Shown here piece by piece: positions 29,357 to 44,448 of a stretch of 64,000 nucleotides of DNA. Positions within the stretch are counted from its first letter, which is position 1, and every line of letters starts with the position of its first letter. A model generated the notes under the pieces. It saw nothing but the letters and a program-made list of their open reading frames with translations. It made no database searches and was not told where the DNA came from. Source of the DNA: Eledone cirrhosa (lineage: Eukaryota); contig OZ024760.1 of the NCBI GenBank assembly GCA_964016885.1, forward strand, positions 11,470,001-11,534,000, in the 5' to 3' direction. The position numbers and the translations under genes are program-made.

Positions 29357-29414
29357 CTCCCGAAACCTTTAGATACACACAAACATAAGCATATAGCAGA
29401 TCACACTCTCTCTC

Positions 29415-29446
<32 letters not shown>

Positions 29447-29800
29447 ATGTTTATATATATATACTCCCGGAACCTGTATAAGTGTGTGTGTGTACAAGTG
29501 TGTTTGCATGTGTGTTTGTGTATGCTGTATGTATGTTTATATATATACTCCCGAAACCTGTACAAGTGTGTGTGTACAAGTGTGTGTGTGTGTGTTTGCA
29601 TGTGTATTTGTGTATGCTGTATGTATGTTTATATATATACTCCCGAAACCTGTACAAGTGTGTGTGTGTGTGTGTACAAGTGTGTGTGTGTGTGTGTGTT
29701 TGTGTGTGTTTGTGTATGTTTGTGTATGCTGTATGTATGTTTATATATATACTCCCGAAACCTGTACAAGTGTGTGTGTACAAGTGTGTGTGTGTGTGTG
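29354..29800. repeat. Tandem ~90-115 bp units anchored on TACTCCCGAAACCTGTACAAGTG
   Basis: The anchor occurs five times (~29355, 29462, 29546, 29638, 29750). Confidence 0.85.
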
Positions 29801-30316
29801 TGTGTGTACAAGTGTGTGTGTGTGTGTGTGTATAAGTGTGTGTGTGTGTGTGTGTGTGTTTGTGTGTCTATGTACTCAATTCTGAGACACTGTAACAATG
29901 ACTATTGCTGATAATCTCACAATATCGAATTCATCGATGACCACCTGATTTCTTTATCTAAGCGCCATTATTGCAACTCTGAACTGAGACAGGGAGATAG
30001 TGTGGGTGGCATAAAAATATTTTCTTTCACCTGAGACACTGACCTCTGGCGGCTAAATGTGACGTATTTTTAGAGATACTATATAAATTCATATCTAGTA
30101 TTCATATATATATACATATATATATGTGTGTGTGTATGCATGATGTATGTATATATATAGAGAGATATATATCTATATATATATATAGATGTATATATTT
30201 ATGTATATATACATATAGATGTATATATTTATGTATATATTTATGTATATATCTATATATTTATATATATGCGTATATTTATATATATATATATATATAA
30301 ATACACACACACACAC

Positions 30317-30385
<69 letters not shown>

Positions 30386-30496
30386 CATACATACATTAAT
30401 GTACATATAGAAACAGAGTTTCTTCCAACTCAGCTAAGTCTTGTCACCTCTTGTGGAGAGAGCAGCAGTATTTTTAGAAGCGCTTCACTTATGTTC

Positions 30497-30533
<37 letters not shown>

Positions 30534-31928
30534 CACACACACACATGTATACGTATATATTTTTATATAGATATATATATATATTGTTATACTTGGGGAG
30601 GGTCATATTGTTGTAATAATATTGCCAGAATTAATAACAGAACACACAATTTCATATAAAAAACCTCGCAAAACTAATTCATCGCCATCATGATATTTAT
30701 GTATATATATATATATATATATAATATATATATATATATATTTTATATATATATATATATAGATATATATATGTATATAGATATATATATGTATATAGAT
30801 ATATATATATGTATATAGATATATATATATGTATATAGATATATATATATGTATATAGATATATATATTTGTATATAGATATATATATATGTATATAGAT
30901 AGATATATATGTATATAGATAGATATATATGTATATAGATATATATATGTATATAGATATATATATGTATATAGATATATATATGTATATAGATATATAT
31001 ATGTATATAGATATAGATATGTATATAGATATAGATATGTATATAGATATAGATATGTATATAGATATAGATATGTATATAGATATAGATATGTATATAG
31101 ATATAGATATGTATATAGATATAGATATGTATATAGATATATATATGTATATAGATATATATATGTATATATATGTATATATATGTATGTATATATATGT
31201 ATATATATATATGTATATATGTATATATATGTATATATATATATGTATATATGTATATAGATATATATGTATATATATATGTATATATGTATATAGATAT
31301 ATATGTATATATATATGTATATATGTATATAGATATATATGTATATATATATGTATATGTATATAGATATGTATATGTATATAGATATGTATATGTATAT
31401 ATATGTATATGTATATATATATGTATATGTATATGTATATGTATATATATATATGTATATATATATATATGTATAGATATATATGTATAGATATATATGT
31501 ATAGATATATATGTATAGATATATATATGTATAGATATATATATGTATAGATATATATATGTATAGATATATATATGTATAGATATATATATGTATAGAT
31601 ATATATATGTATAGATATATATATGTATAGATATATATATGTATAGATATATATATGAATAGATATATATATGAATAGATATATATATGAATAGATATAT
31701 ATATGAATAGATATATATATGAATAGATACATATATGTATATAGATATATATATCTAGATAGACATATATGTATATAGATATATATATCTAGATAGATAT
31801 ATATGTATAGATATATATATATCTATCTATCTATACACATATATCTATATCTATATAGATATCTATATATATAGATAGATATATATAGATATATATAGAT
31901 ATATATATATATATATAGATATATATAT

Positions 31929-32370
31929 CGCCGTGAGCGTTATATTATCTGCATGATGTGGAAAATGTTCCATCATCACTGCCCAAATGATGTTGGCATC
32001 GCCTTCAAGATACACCCAAGGCTTGGGCCCCGTGCTATCCGTCCCATTCAAAAATCTAAATCGCAACTCATAACAACAATACGGCACAATTATTTCACCT
32101 CAATCGGCCCTGCTCTCTTCAACATCACACCAGGACACGTCAAAACAGAAACTGACCACACAAAATTCATGAAGTCTTTGGACAAATTCCTCCAAGTAAT
32201 CCCGGACAAACCACCCACACCCGGATATGTCTCCGCAAACAGTAATTCTCTTCTCGAATGGGCCATGGTGCCCAAATCCTGAATTGAAAGACTTCGCCAG
32301 GTGGTGCTATTAAGTTAGACATGGCCTGGGCCAATACTGGCCAAAACATTTCAAAGTTATTTTCAAAGTT
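31929..32370 (+). pseudogene. 5'-truncated CR1-group LINE (ORF2 C-terminus plus 3' UTR)
   Basis: RRERYIICMMWK...NYFTSIGPALFNITP...[16 protein letters not shown]. It ends in a duplicated TTTCAAAGTT tail. Confidence 0.8.
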
Positions 32371-33080
32371 ATATAGATATATATAGATATATAGATATAT
32401 ATAGATATATATAGATATATATAGATATATAGATATATATAGATATATATATAGATAGATATATAGATAGATATATAGATATATATAGATATATATATAG
32501 ATATATATATAGATATATATATAGATATATATATAGATATATAGATATATATATATATATATAGATATATATAGATATATATATAGATATATATAGATAT
32601 ATATATATAGATATATATATAGATATATATATATAGATATATATATAGATATATATATAGATATATATATAGATATATATATAGATATATATATATAGAT
32701 ATATATATATAGATATATATAGATATATATATATAGATATATGTAGATATATATGTAGATATATATATAGATATATGTATGTAGATATATACATAGATAT
32801 ATAGATATATGTATATATATATGTAGATATATATATAGATATATGTATAGATATATATATAGATATATGTATAGATATATATATAGATATATATATATAT
32901 AGATATATAGATATATGTATAGATATATATATAGATATATAGATATATGTATAGATATATATATAGATATATAGATATATAGATATAGATATAGATATAT
33001 AGATATATATATATATAGATATATATATATAGATAGATATATAGATATATATATAGATATATATATATATATAGATATAT

Positions 33081-33280
33081 ATTAGAAAATATATAGCTTT
33101 CACCGTATATTTGACTAAAGGAATTTTAGCTTGATAACGGGGTTTAGAACCCTCAGATAAATGGAAAAAGATGAGTACGTCAATACTCATCTTTTTCCAT
33201 TTATCTGAGGGTTCTAAACCCCGTTATCAAGCTAAAATTCCTTTAGTCAAATATACGGTGAAAGCTATATATTTTCTAAT
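33081..33280. repeat. Perfect 97-bp-arm palindrome with 6-nt spacer
   Basis: Arms 33081-33177 and 33184-33280, spacer CGTCAA. The ORF track shows the same peptide on both strands. Confidence 0.95.
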
Positions 33281-33321
33281 TTCAAACTCGCTCACTGTTT
33301 CAAAACATACTTACTTAATAG

Positions 33322-33378
<57 letters not shown>

Positions 33379-33381
<3 letters not shown>

Positions 33382-33573
33382 AAGGAAGTGTGGTAAGGAA
33401 CCAGATGGACCATAACGCACCAGAGTACTCAATACTTAGGGTAGTAGAGTGGGAATAGGAAAAAGTGTGACCCCGACGGCAGAGCTCAAGCCGTTTTGAC
33501 GGCTATTTCTGGAGTCCAGAAATAGCCGTCGAAACGGCTTGAGCTCTGCCGTTGGGGTCACACTTTTTCCTAT
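33379..33573 (-). mobile_element. TA-embedded family A fold-back element
   Basis: Homologous to 22132-22325. The apex is TTCTGGAGTCCAGAA. Confidence 0.85.
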
Positions 33574-33854
33574 ATATAATATATATAGTTACGCGACTCT
33601 TTTTACAAATGAAGTATAGAGTGTAATATAAATTATGTTCAGTTTTAATATAATTAAAGTATGTTAAATTATTTACTCCGCCGCTACCGTGTGTTTCATT
33701 GCACCTTTTCTCAATTAAGATTTATTGGCCATTGCATGAAAATCTATAATTTCTATATATTGATATCAATATTCTTCCAGTATCATCTAAATCTCTATTG
33801 TGTATGTAAGTACGTGTGTGATTGTATGTATGAATATATGCCTGTACCTACCTA

Positions 33855-33888
<34 letters not shown>

Positions 33889-34090
33889 GTGAGAGATAGA
33901 GTGAAAGATGTATAAGTATATATCTAAATGCATATATATATACGTGTGTGTGTATATATATATATATATATTTGTATATGTATGTATATATATTTGTGTA
34001 TATATATATATATATTTGTATATGTATGTATATATATTTGTATATGTATGTATATATATATATATTTGTATATATGTATGTATATATATT

Positions 34091-34127
<37 letters not shown>

Positions 34128-34178
34128 ATATATATATAAATTTGTATATATATATGTATATATATTTGTATATATATT

Positions 34179-34226
<48 letters not shown>

Positions 34227-35301
34227 GCGAGAGACAAAGAGAAATGGTGCTTTAGAGTGCGAGTAATGTGGAAGATCATAATAGTATTGAAGATCATAAT
34301 CTTCGCCTCACAAATCAACAGTGATGAGATCTCGCAAGTGTTGGGAAAGAACGTAATCGAAGTTGGAACAAAGATGGCGACGCCACCTCTACGGCTTTCT
34401 AAAGCCTGTATGGAATCACAGCATTTACAATCGTAATGAGATTAACTTGTATATAACTACATAGTGAAGAATCGACTATGGCTATAAAGATGTCATTGGC
34501 GTAGGAGCAAATAGACATCTATCTCAAGTGGCTTCGGGTCAAATTGCTTTAGAAAGTGTACAAGGATCTAATTCTCTGGAAAAATGAATGAGGTGAACGT
34601 AATATTGTCTATAATGGCTACCGAGAAAGTTTCGCTGTAAATTGCTTTGAATCTAAGATGGAAGATGTAAAATGGAAGATGGTAGATATATACCAAGGTA
34701 GTCACATAAGTAGGTAGATAGATATGTAGGTAGGGGCTAGAGAGAGGGAGAGAGAGAGAGAGATGGATGAGTAGGTAGATGTTTACGTAGGTAGGTACAT
34801 AGATATACAGATAGATAGAAAGATAGAGAGATAGATAGAGAGAGATAAATAGATACGTAGTCGCATACATAATACACCGACACATAGAATCAGACACACA
34901 GACAAAGCGACAAACAGTCAGACTGACAAGAGATATGGAGGATGCTGAGGAGGTATTTGTATGAAAGTGGAAACGATACAAGCTAGAATTATTAAATTGT
35001 GAACTTTATCGAAAGCGATATAATAGAGAGAAGAAAATAATAGAAAGAAAGAAAATTAAAAGATAGAAACGTGAAAGGAATCTCGAACAGTATTTACTGT
35101 CATCTCTTTGATCACTCAGTTATGTCTGGAATGACTTTGTGGACTCCTAAGTCAAATTTTACATTTTATACGGCTTCCATTTTCTCACGTCAACAATGGC
35201 GGCATAGAGAATAGGTTTAAACTTCGCTTAACTTTCCGCCATTATTCTGTGTTCTGTGTAAATTTTCTATGTATTAACAGCGTTCTTCGTGCTTGGGAGG
35301 G

Positions 35302-35349
<48 letters not shown>

Positions 35350-35450
35350 CGATGTATTGTGTGTGTGAAGTGTGTTTCGATGTAATATATGTATATATAT
35401 ATATATATGCTTGTTTATGTGTGTGTGTGTGTGTGTGAATTGTGGTACGA

Positions 35451-35492
<42 letters not shown>

Positions 35493-35721
35493 GCCGGTGT
35501 ATAATGTGTGTGTGTGTAACGATATATTGCCTGTATGTGTGAGTGTGGAGTGTGTGACGATATAGTGTATGCGGGTGTATGTGAAGCGATCGCATTGCGT
35601 GCGTATCTATATTTCTATCTAGCGAGTTAACCACCTTTATGTGTACGTGTGTGTCTGTGTGTATGCCGGCATGTCTGCTTAAATATATAAAATATATAAG
35701 AGTATGTCTGTGTGTGTGTGC

Positions 35722-35763
<42 letters not shown>

Positions 35764-36308
35764 GGTATAGAAAACATTATAGCGAAAAGCCAATATATAT
35801 ATATACATATATATGTGTGTATATTTATATATTAATAATAATATAACATAACATAACATAACATAACATAATATAATGTATATATGAGGAGAGAGGGAGA
35901 AGGTGTGTATGACGGAGTCTATACACTACAGCGCCACCTGTATTGGCGTATTAGTGTGTAACTATCGCGTTCCTAATGGCCGGCTGTTGAGATTCTTCAA
36001 AGAAATTATGTTGCTATTTGCAGACGGTGTTGTGTTGCTAATTTACTTTTTTCTTTAATTATGGCACAGCCTTCAGCGACATACATAAAACTACATACCT
36101 ACAGATATCTATCTATCTATCTATTTATATATCTATCTATCTATTTATATATCTATTTATATATCTATCTATCTATCTATATATATATCTATCTATCTAT
36201 CTATTTATATATCTATCTATCTATCTATTTATATATCTATCTATCTATTTATATATCTATCTATCTATTTATATATCTATCTATCTATTTATATATCTAT
36301 CTATCCAC

Positions 36309-36401
<93 letters not shown>

Positions 36402-36445
36402 TGTGTGTGTTTACGTTACGAGATGTCCGATAAGTAACTCTACGA

Positions 36446-36487
<42 letters not shown>

Positions 36488-36497
36488 GGGTGAGGCG

Positions 36498-36643
36498 GGA
36501 CGCATAGAGTTACGGCCCTTGACTTTCTGAGTTTAAATCCCGTACGAGGTTAACTTTGCCTTTCATCCTTACGGGGTCGATAAAATAAATTACCAGTAAT
36601 GTACTGGGTAATTGCTGGCCTTGTGCCAAAAGTAGAAACAATT
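36498..36643 (+). mobile_element. 5'-truncated S1 SINE, short subtype
   Basis: Core and 3' end GGCCTTGTGCCAAAAGTAGAAACAATT. Confidence 0.85.
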
Positions 36644-36792
36644 ATATATATATATGTGTGTGTGTGGATGTGTTTGCGAGTGTGTAAGTATGTAGGCAAT
36701 TATTTATTGACATGTATTATATGCGTGCGCATCTTATATTTAATATTATAGTACCATAAATGCAATTACATAAATGTCTAGGTACACCCCCT

Positions 36793-36859
<67 letters not shown>

Positions 36860-37008
36860 TGTAATCATTACATCGATTTACATGAGAGTCGGTATTTAAT
36901 ACATACATGTATAATATAATATAATATATATATATATATACATACATACATGTATACATACTAATATAATATATATATATATATATATACATACATGTAT
37001 ACATACTA

Positions 37009-37059
<51 letters not shown>

Positions 37060-37104
37060 GCGTGTGTGTGTTTACGTTAGGAAATGTCCGATAAGTAACT
37101 CTAC

Positions 37105-37155
<51 letters not shown>

Positions 37156-37945
37156 CACACACATACATATATATATATATATACATAGTTACCAAACATT
37201 ATAACCATTCATTAGTCTAGTTCTTGTTGTTAAATCTCGCCCTGGGCATCTCTGACCAAGCAAAACCTTAACCTAGAACGTCTCGGGACGTAAACAACGA
37301 ACTATTTCATCTCGTAATACATCATAGAAGTATTCTCGCTACTTATTTTTCTCTCTTTCCAATCATTATAAAACCGTCATTTTGAGGTAATGTCTTCAAT
37401 GTTTTTTTTCAGTCGATTATATCGAAATATCGATCCTAGTAATTATTTCTGTCTTGCACTTATTTAACCGAACGTTGCTTATCACCCATTGCCTCGATTG
37501 GCATTTTGATGATTCAAAATATGACTTCTTTTCTTTCATTTCTAATATAGTTATAGGTAATCCAGTTAGAGGTTGTGACTACTCTGTATTGTGGATAGTT
37601 TTAACGTACGGCTTTGTTTGACTCAACAAGATGTTTCCATAGTTAGGTAGCGAGTTCGCGAGAATTCCTATGTAGAGTATACTTGGAGTAATAATATGAG
37701 AAAGATTGAAGAATAACATGGTCGGCTGTACATAGACTGTTATACATACACTTACTCATTACCACCACTATTATCAGCAATCGTATTCTGTACTTATATT
37801 TTTTTACTTATTTTTTACTTATTTTTTTACTTATTTTTTACGTCTGTAACTTCTTTACCTCTTTATCATTATATTTTATCATTGATGTTATGTTTTGATT
37901 CTACGTTGTATCTCTATATATACCATAGCCGTATGTGAAATCTCT

Positions 37946-38104
37946 AGTATTCTGGTGATTTGATCAGAGGTAAAGATTGTATTTAGGTCGAGTGACGCAA
38001 CTTCGAGTGATTAGCGGCCTTAGACTCACCTGATCAATGAAACAACAGTTAATACTTGAAATAAAACCCTTGCTGTACAGCCGACCATGTTATTCTTCAA
38101 TCTT

Positions 38105-38110
<6 letters not shown>
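37946..38110 (+). mobile_element. Family F element with core-mutated hammerhead (37946-38056)
   Basis: AGTATT-CTGGTGA-[TTGATCAG...CTGATCAA]-GAAAC-AACA-GTT-AATACT. An inverted copy of the 3' end lies at ~37700-37733. Confidence 0.65.
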
Positions 38111-38161
<51 letters not shown>

Positions 38162-38344
38162 AACGTTTGAATATGTATAATAAAGCCAAAACAATGCAGG
38201 CTAAGTAAAAGACGATTTGTCACAATATCTTTTGCAATTGCATTCTTTTTTCTATGTCCATACCTGCATTGTTTTGGCTTTTATTATACATATTCAAACG
38301 TTTATACCTCATTACACAATGCTTCAAGTGAACTATAACCTCCT

Positions 38345-38388
<44 letters not shown>

Positions 38389-38406
38389 AATATATATATA
38401 ATATAT

Positions 38407-38484
38407 ATTACCCACTCTACTACCCCAAGTATTGAGTACTTTGGTGCGTTATGGTCCACCTGGTTCCTTACCACATTTCCTTCG

Positions 38485-38486
<2 letters not shown>
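38407..38486 (+). mobile_element. Family A 3' tail only
   Basis: ATTACCCACTCTACTACC...GTATTGAGTACTTTGGTGCG...CCTTCGTT between (TA)n tracts. Confidence 0.85.
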
Positions 38487-38524
<38 letters not shown>

Positions 38525-38610
38525 ATATATATATGTTGTAGGTTGCAGGTAAATGCGTCCGTAGGCGGGATGTTGGTTGAGCACTCGATTCTCACGCAGA
38601 GCAGACTATA

Positions 38611-38902
38611 ATATTATAAAGAACGAGGAATCAGTGATGCATCAAACCACAATTTATTAACATATTACACATGTTTTTTCCGTCGATCAGCTCGAGTCAC
38701 CATCTGTTACAGATCGAAGCGGCTCTGCATTCGAAGGGTCTTCAGATATGTCTCGTGTGTTCAAACATCTCAGCTGTTCTTTATGCAGAGTCGGGTTCGA
38801 TCTGTAACAGATCCTGCCTCGAGCTAATCGACGGAGAAGCATATGTAATATGTTAATAAATTGTGGTTTGATGCAATACTGATTCTTCGTTCTTTATAAT
38901 TA
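38611..38902. mobile_element. Family E inverted-repeat element with degenerate hammerhead (38660-38751, minus)
   Basis: ~120-bp arms. Minus strand reads ACATAT-CTGAAGA-[long stem II]-AAAA-CATGTG-TA-ATATGT, and the other arm reads GAAG-CATATG-TA-ATATGT. Confidence 0.65.
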
Positions 38903-38904
38903 TA

Positions 38905-39368
38905 TATATACCTTATATATATATTTTATATATTATATATATTTATATATTATATATATTTATATATTATATATTTATATATTATATATATATTATTATT
39001 TATATTTATTTATATATTTATATATTTATTTATATATATTATATATATGTATTAGTTTATTATATATATATTATATATATTTTTATATATATATTATTAT
39101 ATATATATTATATATATTTATTATATTATATAATTATATATATATTATATTATATATATTATTTATATATTTATTATATATATATATTATATATATTATA
39201 TATATGTATATATAAATATATTATATATATATATATATTATATATATATATATATTATATATATAGATATTATATATATAGATATTATATAATATATATA
39301 TATATTATATATTATATATATTATATATTATTATATATATATATTATATTATAGTATATTATATAATA

Positions 39369-39409
<41 letters not shown>

Positions 39410-39532
39410 TATTATATATATATTATATATATATATATTATATATATATTATATATATATTATATATATATATATATATATTATATATATTATATATATA
39501 TATATATTATATATTATATATATTATATATAT

Positions 39533-39564
<32 letters not shown>

Positions 39565-40522
39565 ATTTATTATATATATATATATATTGTATATATATAT
39601 ATTATAATATATATATATATTATATATTATATATATATATATATTATATATATATATATTATATATTATATATATTATATATATATATATATATTATATA
39701 TATATATAATATTATATATATTAATATATTATATATATTATATATATTATATATATATATATTATATATATATATATTATATTATATATATTATATATAT
39801 ATATTTTATATATTATATATATTATATATTATAGATATTATATATTATATATATATATATATATTATATATATATATATTATATATATTATATATATATT
39901 ATATTATATATATATTATATTATATATTATATTATATATATATTATATTATATATATATTATATATATATTATATTATATTATATATTATATTATATTAT
40001 ATATTATATTATATATATATTATATATATATTATATTATATATATATTATATATATATTATATTATATATATATTATTATATATATATATATTATATATA
40101 TATTATATTATATATATATTTATATTATATATATTATTATATATATTATATTATATATTATATTATATATATATTATATTATATATATATTATATTATAT
40201 ATATTATTATATATATATTATATTATATATATATTATATTATATATATATTATATATATATTATATTATATATATATTATATATATAATTATATATATAT
40301 ATTATATATATATTATATTATATATATATTATATATATATTATATATATATTATATTATATATATATTATATATATATTATATATATATATTATATATAT
40401 ATTATATATATATTATATATATATTATATATATTATTATATATATATTATATATATATTATATATATATTATATATATATATTATATATATATTATATTA
40501 TATATATATTATATATATATAT

Positions 40523-40553
<31 letters not shown>

Positions 40554-40586
40554 ATTATATATTTATATATATATATATTATATATT

Positions 40587-40618
<32 letters not shown>

Positions 40619-41797
40619 ATATATATATTATATATATTATATATATATATATATTATATATTTATATATATATTATATATTTATATATATATATATATTA
40701 TATATTTATATATATATATATATTATATATTTATATATATATATATTATATATTTATATATATATATATTATATATTTATATATATATATATTATATATT
40801 TATATATATATATATTATATATTTATATATATTATATGTTTATATATATATATATTATATATTTATATTTATATATATTATATATTTATATATATATATA
40901 TTATATATTTATATTTATATATATTATATATATTATATTTATATGTATTATATATATTATATATTTATATATATTATATATATTATATTTATATATATTA
41001 TATATATTATATTTATATATATTATATATATTATATTTATATATATTATATATATTATATTTATATATATTATATATATTATATTTATATATATTATATA
41101 TATTATATTTATATATATTATATATATTATATTTATATATATTTATATATATTATATTTATATATATTTATATATATTATATATATTATATTTATATATA
41201 TTTATATATATTATATTTATATATATTTATATATATTATATTTATATATATTTATATATATTATATTTATATATATTTATATATATTATATTTATATATA
41301 TTTATATATATTATAATTATATATATTTATATATATTATATTTATATATATTTATATATATTATATTTATATATATTTATATATATTATATTTATATATA
41401 TTTATATATATTATATTTATATATATTTATATATATTATATTTATATATATTTATATATATTATATTTATATATATTTATATATATTATATTTATATATA
41501 TTTATATATATTATATTTATATATATTTATATATATTATATTTATATATATTTATATATATTATATTTATATATATTTATATATATTATATTTATATATA
41601 TTTATATATATTATATTTATATATATTATATATATATTATATTTATATATATTATATATATATTATATTTATATATATTATATATATATTATATTTATAT
41701 ATATTATATATATATTATATTTATATATATTATATATATATTATATTTATATATATTATATTTATATATATTTATATATATTATATATATTATATAT
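38905..41797. repeat. ~2.9 kb almost pure A/T (TA/TTA) tract
   Basis: Direct inspection. Very few G/C bases. Confidence 0.95.
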
Positions 41798-42039
41798 CAA
41801 TACAAATATAAATTAGCGAGAATCGTATTTCTGCTATTGGAAATTAGCGAAAAACAACTTCCGAGATGTGTGGCAAGCGCTCAATAGATTCTAACGAACC
41901 AGAGCTACAACATACGTTAAAAGGCCCAAACACACTGAGACGATGGTTAAACCATTATCCGCACAGCCATAGAAACGACCAAGTAATTCGGGTCAAACAA
42001 ATAAAATAATATGTTTGAAAATATATATATATATATATA

Positions 42040-42436
42040 TACGATATTAAATAAATGGAAACTATATTTATAAAACCATATTTATTTCATTATATATATT
42101 TCAGGGATATCATATTAACAATATGTTATGCCTTCCTCAGACAAAATACAATATAGACAGTTTTATAGATAAATAGATTTGACATACCGTTCAACATCGA
42201 CTTGTATTTGAAAAAGTTGATTTATCTATAAAACTGTCTATATTGTATTTTGTCTGAGGAAGGCATAACATATTGTTAATGATATCCCTGAAATATATAT
42301 AATGAAATAAATATGGTTTTATAAATATAGTTTCCATTTATTTAATATCGTAAATATACTCCAAATACTTGTTGAGTGCTTTTATATCAGTTATAAATAT
42401 TTACTAGTTGTAACCCAACAATTTAAATATAACTTT

Positions 42437-42499
<63 letters not shown>

Positions 42500-42743
42500 A
42501 AAGTTCTATTTAAATTGTTGTGGTACAACAAGCAAATATTGTTATAACTGATATAAAGCACTCGACAAGTCTTCCAAAAGTAACGGTAGCATTTTGAAAG
42601 GGTATGTCAATATTTATTTATAAAACTGGTATATATTGTATTTTGTCTGATGAAAGCGTACCATAATTTAACATGGTATCCTTGAAATATGTATAATAAA
42701 ATAGATATGGTTTTATAAATATAGTTTCCATTTGTTAATATTG

Positions 42744-42745
<2 letters not shown>
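42040..42745. mobile_element. Family D cluster with three hammerheads (42083-42148 minus, 42246-42309 plus, 42639-42703 plus)
   Basis: TATTTTGT-CTGAGGA/CTGATGA-stem II-GAAA-TAT(A/G)TA-TA-AT(G/A)AAATA. Inverted arms lie at ~42040-42174 and 42220-42352. Confidence 0.85.
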
Positions 42746-42774
<29 letters not shown>

Positions 42775-43395
42775 TGATATATTGATATATTATTCATGCT
42801 TATATAAAGAAATAGATTATAGATTTTCATTATTTTAGAAGAAAAAAGTCTGTTTGATTTTTATTTTCAATATAGAACATTATGCGACCAAGTTTTACAG
42901 CTTTGTAAATAATATTATAAAACCATTCTTTAAAAAATATCCTCATATAGAAATATAATCTGCTATATATCGTAAATACTCTATACAGTGGAACGATAAA
43001 ACATGTCACAAGTTACAGAAGACAGTTATAAAGTATAGGATAAATATAAGGTTATTAGCTTCTACATTATTATAATCCATCATTTTCAGCAGGAGGCATG
43101 CGCCATTAAATTTTCAAGCCATTGCTAATATTTTACTGTTGGCTACAAAGTGTGAAGTCGTTAGGAAGAAAATTTATCAATGGTTTTCACTGGTTTTCAC
43201 TGGTTTTCACTGGACGTTTTAAATGAATAAACGGATCTAGCATTTTCTCTCATTAATAAAACTGTTGTCATTTTTGATGACAGGACTTTACGAGTATCTA
43301 GATGTGTATGTGTATATATATGAATGTATGTATGTATATATGTATATATATATGTGTATATTTATATATATCTAATGTGTATATATATATATATA

Positions 43396-43510
43396 TAGGA
43401 AAATGTGTAACCCCGACGGCAGAGCTCAAGCCGTTTCGACGGCTATTTCTGGACGTATTGAGTACTCTGGTGCGTTATGGTCCATCTGGTTCCTCACCAC
43501 ACTTCCTTCG

Positions 43511-43558
<48 letters not shown>

Positions 43559-43569
43559 CGAAGGAAGTA
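43396..43569. mobile_element. Rearranged family A element
   Basis: One palindrome arm ending TTCTGGAC is joined directly to the GTATTGAGTAC...CCTTCGTT tail, and an inverted stub ACGAAGGAAGT follows the (TA)n. Confidence 0.8.
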
Positions 43570-43746
43570 TATATATAACATATATATATGTTATGGAATA
43601 CTGTTAGCTTCTCGCTACAACAATTTCTATACCTTTCATTTATATATATGTATATATATATATATATATATGCATATATACATACCTATTTATAAAAACA
43701 TATATATATACATATATACATACATATATACATATCTATTTATATA

Positions 43747-43789
<43 letters not shown>

Positions 43790-44026
43790 ATATACATGTC
43801 TTTATATATAGAGAAAGATATAAAGATATAGGTATGTCTGTATATACACGCATATATATATATATATATTAATATTAATTATTATTAGCACAGTAAGAGA
43901 CGGGGGACGTTCATAGGGAAAGTGTTTCTCTGTGAAGTTAACTGAGGCCTAATGTTAACTAGACTAACATGCCTGTTGCTGCGACGACACCATCACCACC
44001 ACTCTCATATGTCAATATATATATAT

Positions 44027-44223
44027 AGTTTTAATATAGATGAGATACTACAGGACTAGAACTGTTTCATTCTTTAGAAATCATCAGGAATCTCAGTGAT
44101 TCCTGATGATTTCTAAAGAATAAAACAGTTCTAGTCCTGTAGAATCTCATCTATATTAAAACTTTTATACTCTGCGATGTATTGAATACCTTACTTACTG
44201 TGTTTACCTCCGATTCAACCCGG

Positions 44224-44229
<6 letters not shown>
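44027..44229 (+). mobile_element. Family B fold-back element with two opposed hammerheads
   Basis: The minus copy 44042-44094 has an intact core. The plus copy 44098-44146 has GAAAC changed to AAAAC. Confidence 0.85.
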
Positions 44230-44272
<43 letters not shown>

Positions 44273-44273
<1 letters not shown>

Positions 44274-44448
44274 GGTGGATTGGCAGTATCGGTAGAGAGT
44301 CGGACACCATGCTTTCCAGCATAGTTACGTCCCTTTACGTTCAAATCCCGTCGAGGTTAACTTTGCCTTTCATCCTTACGGGGTCGATAAAATAAACTAC
44401 CAGTAATGTACTGGGTAATTGCTGGCCTTGTGCCAAAAGTAGAAACAA
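44273..44448 (+). mobile_element. SINE family S1, short subtype
   Basis: Head CGGTGGATTGGCAGTATCGGTAGAG, B box and core. Confidence 0.9.

Noticed and set aside
33200-33270. Hammerhead within the perfect palindrome (CTGAGGG...GAAAGCTA)
   Set aside because: The core is non-canonical and there is no stem I pairing.
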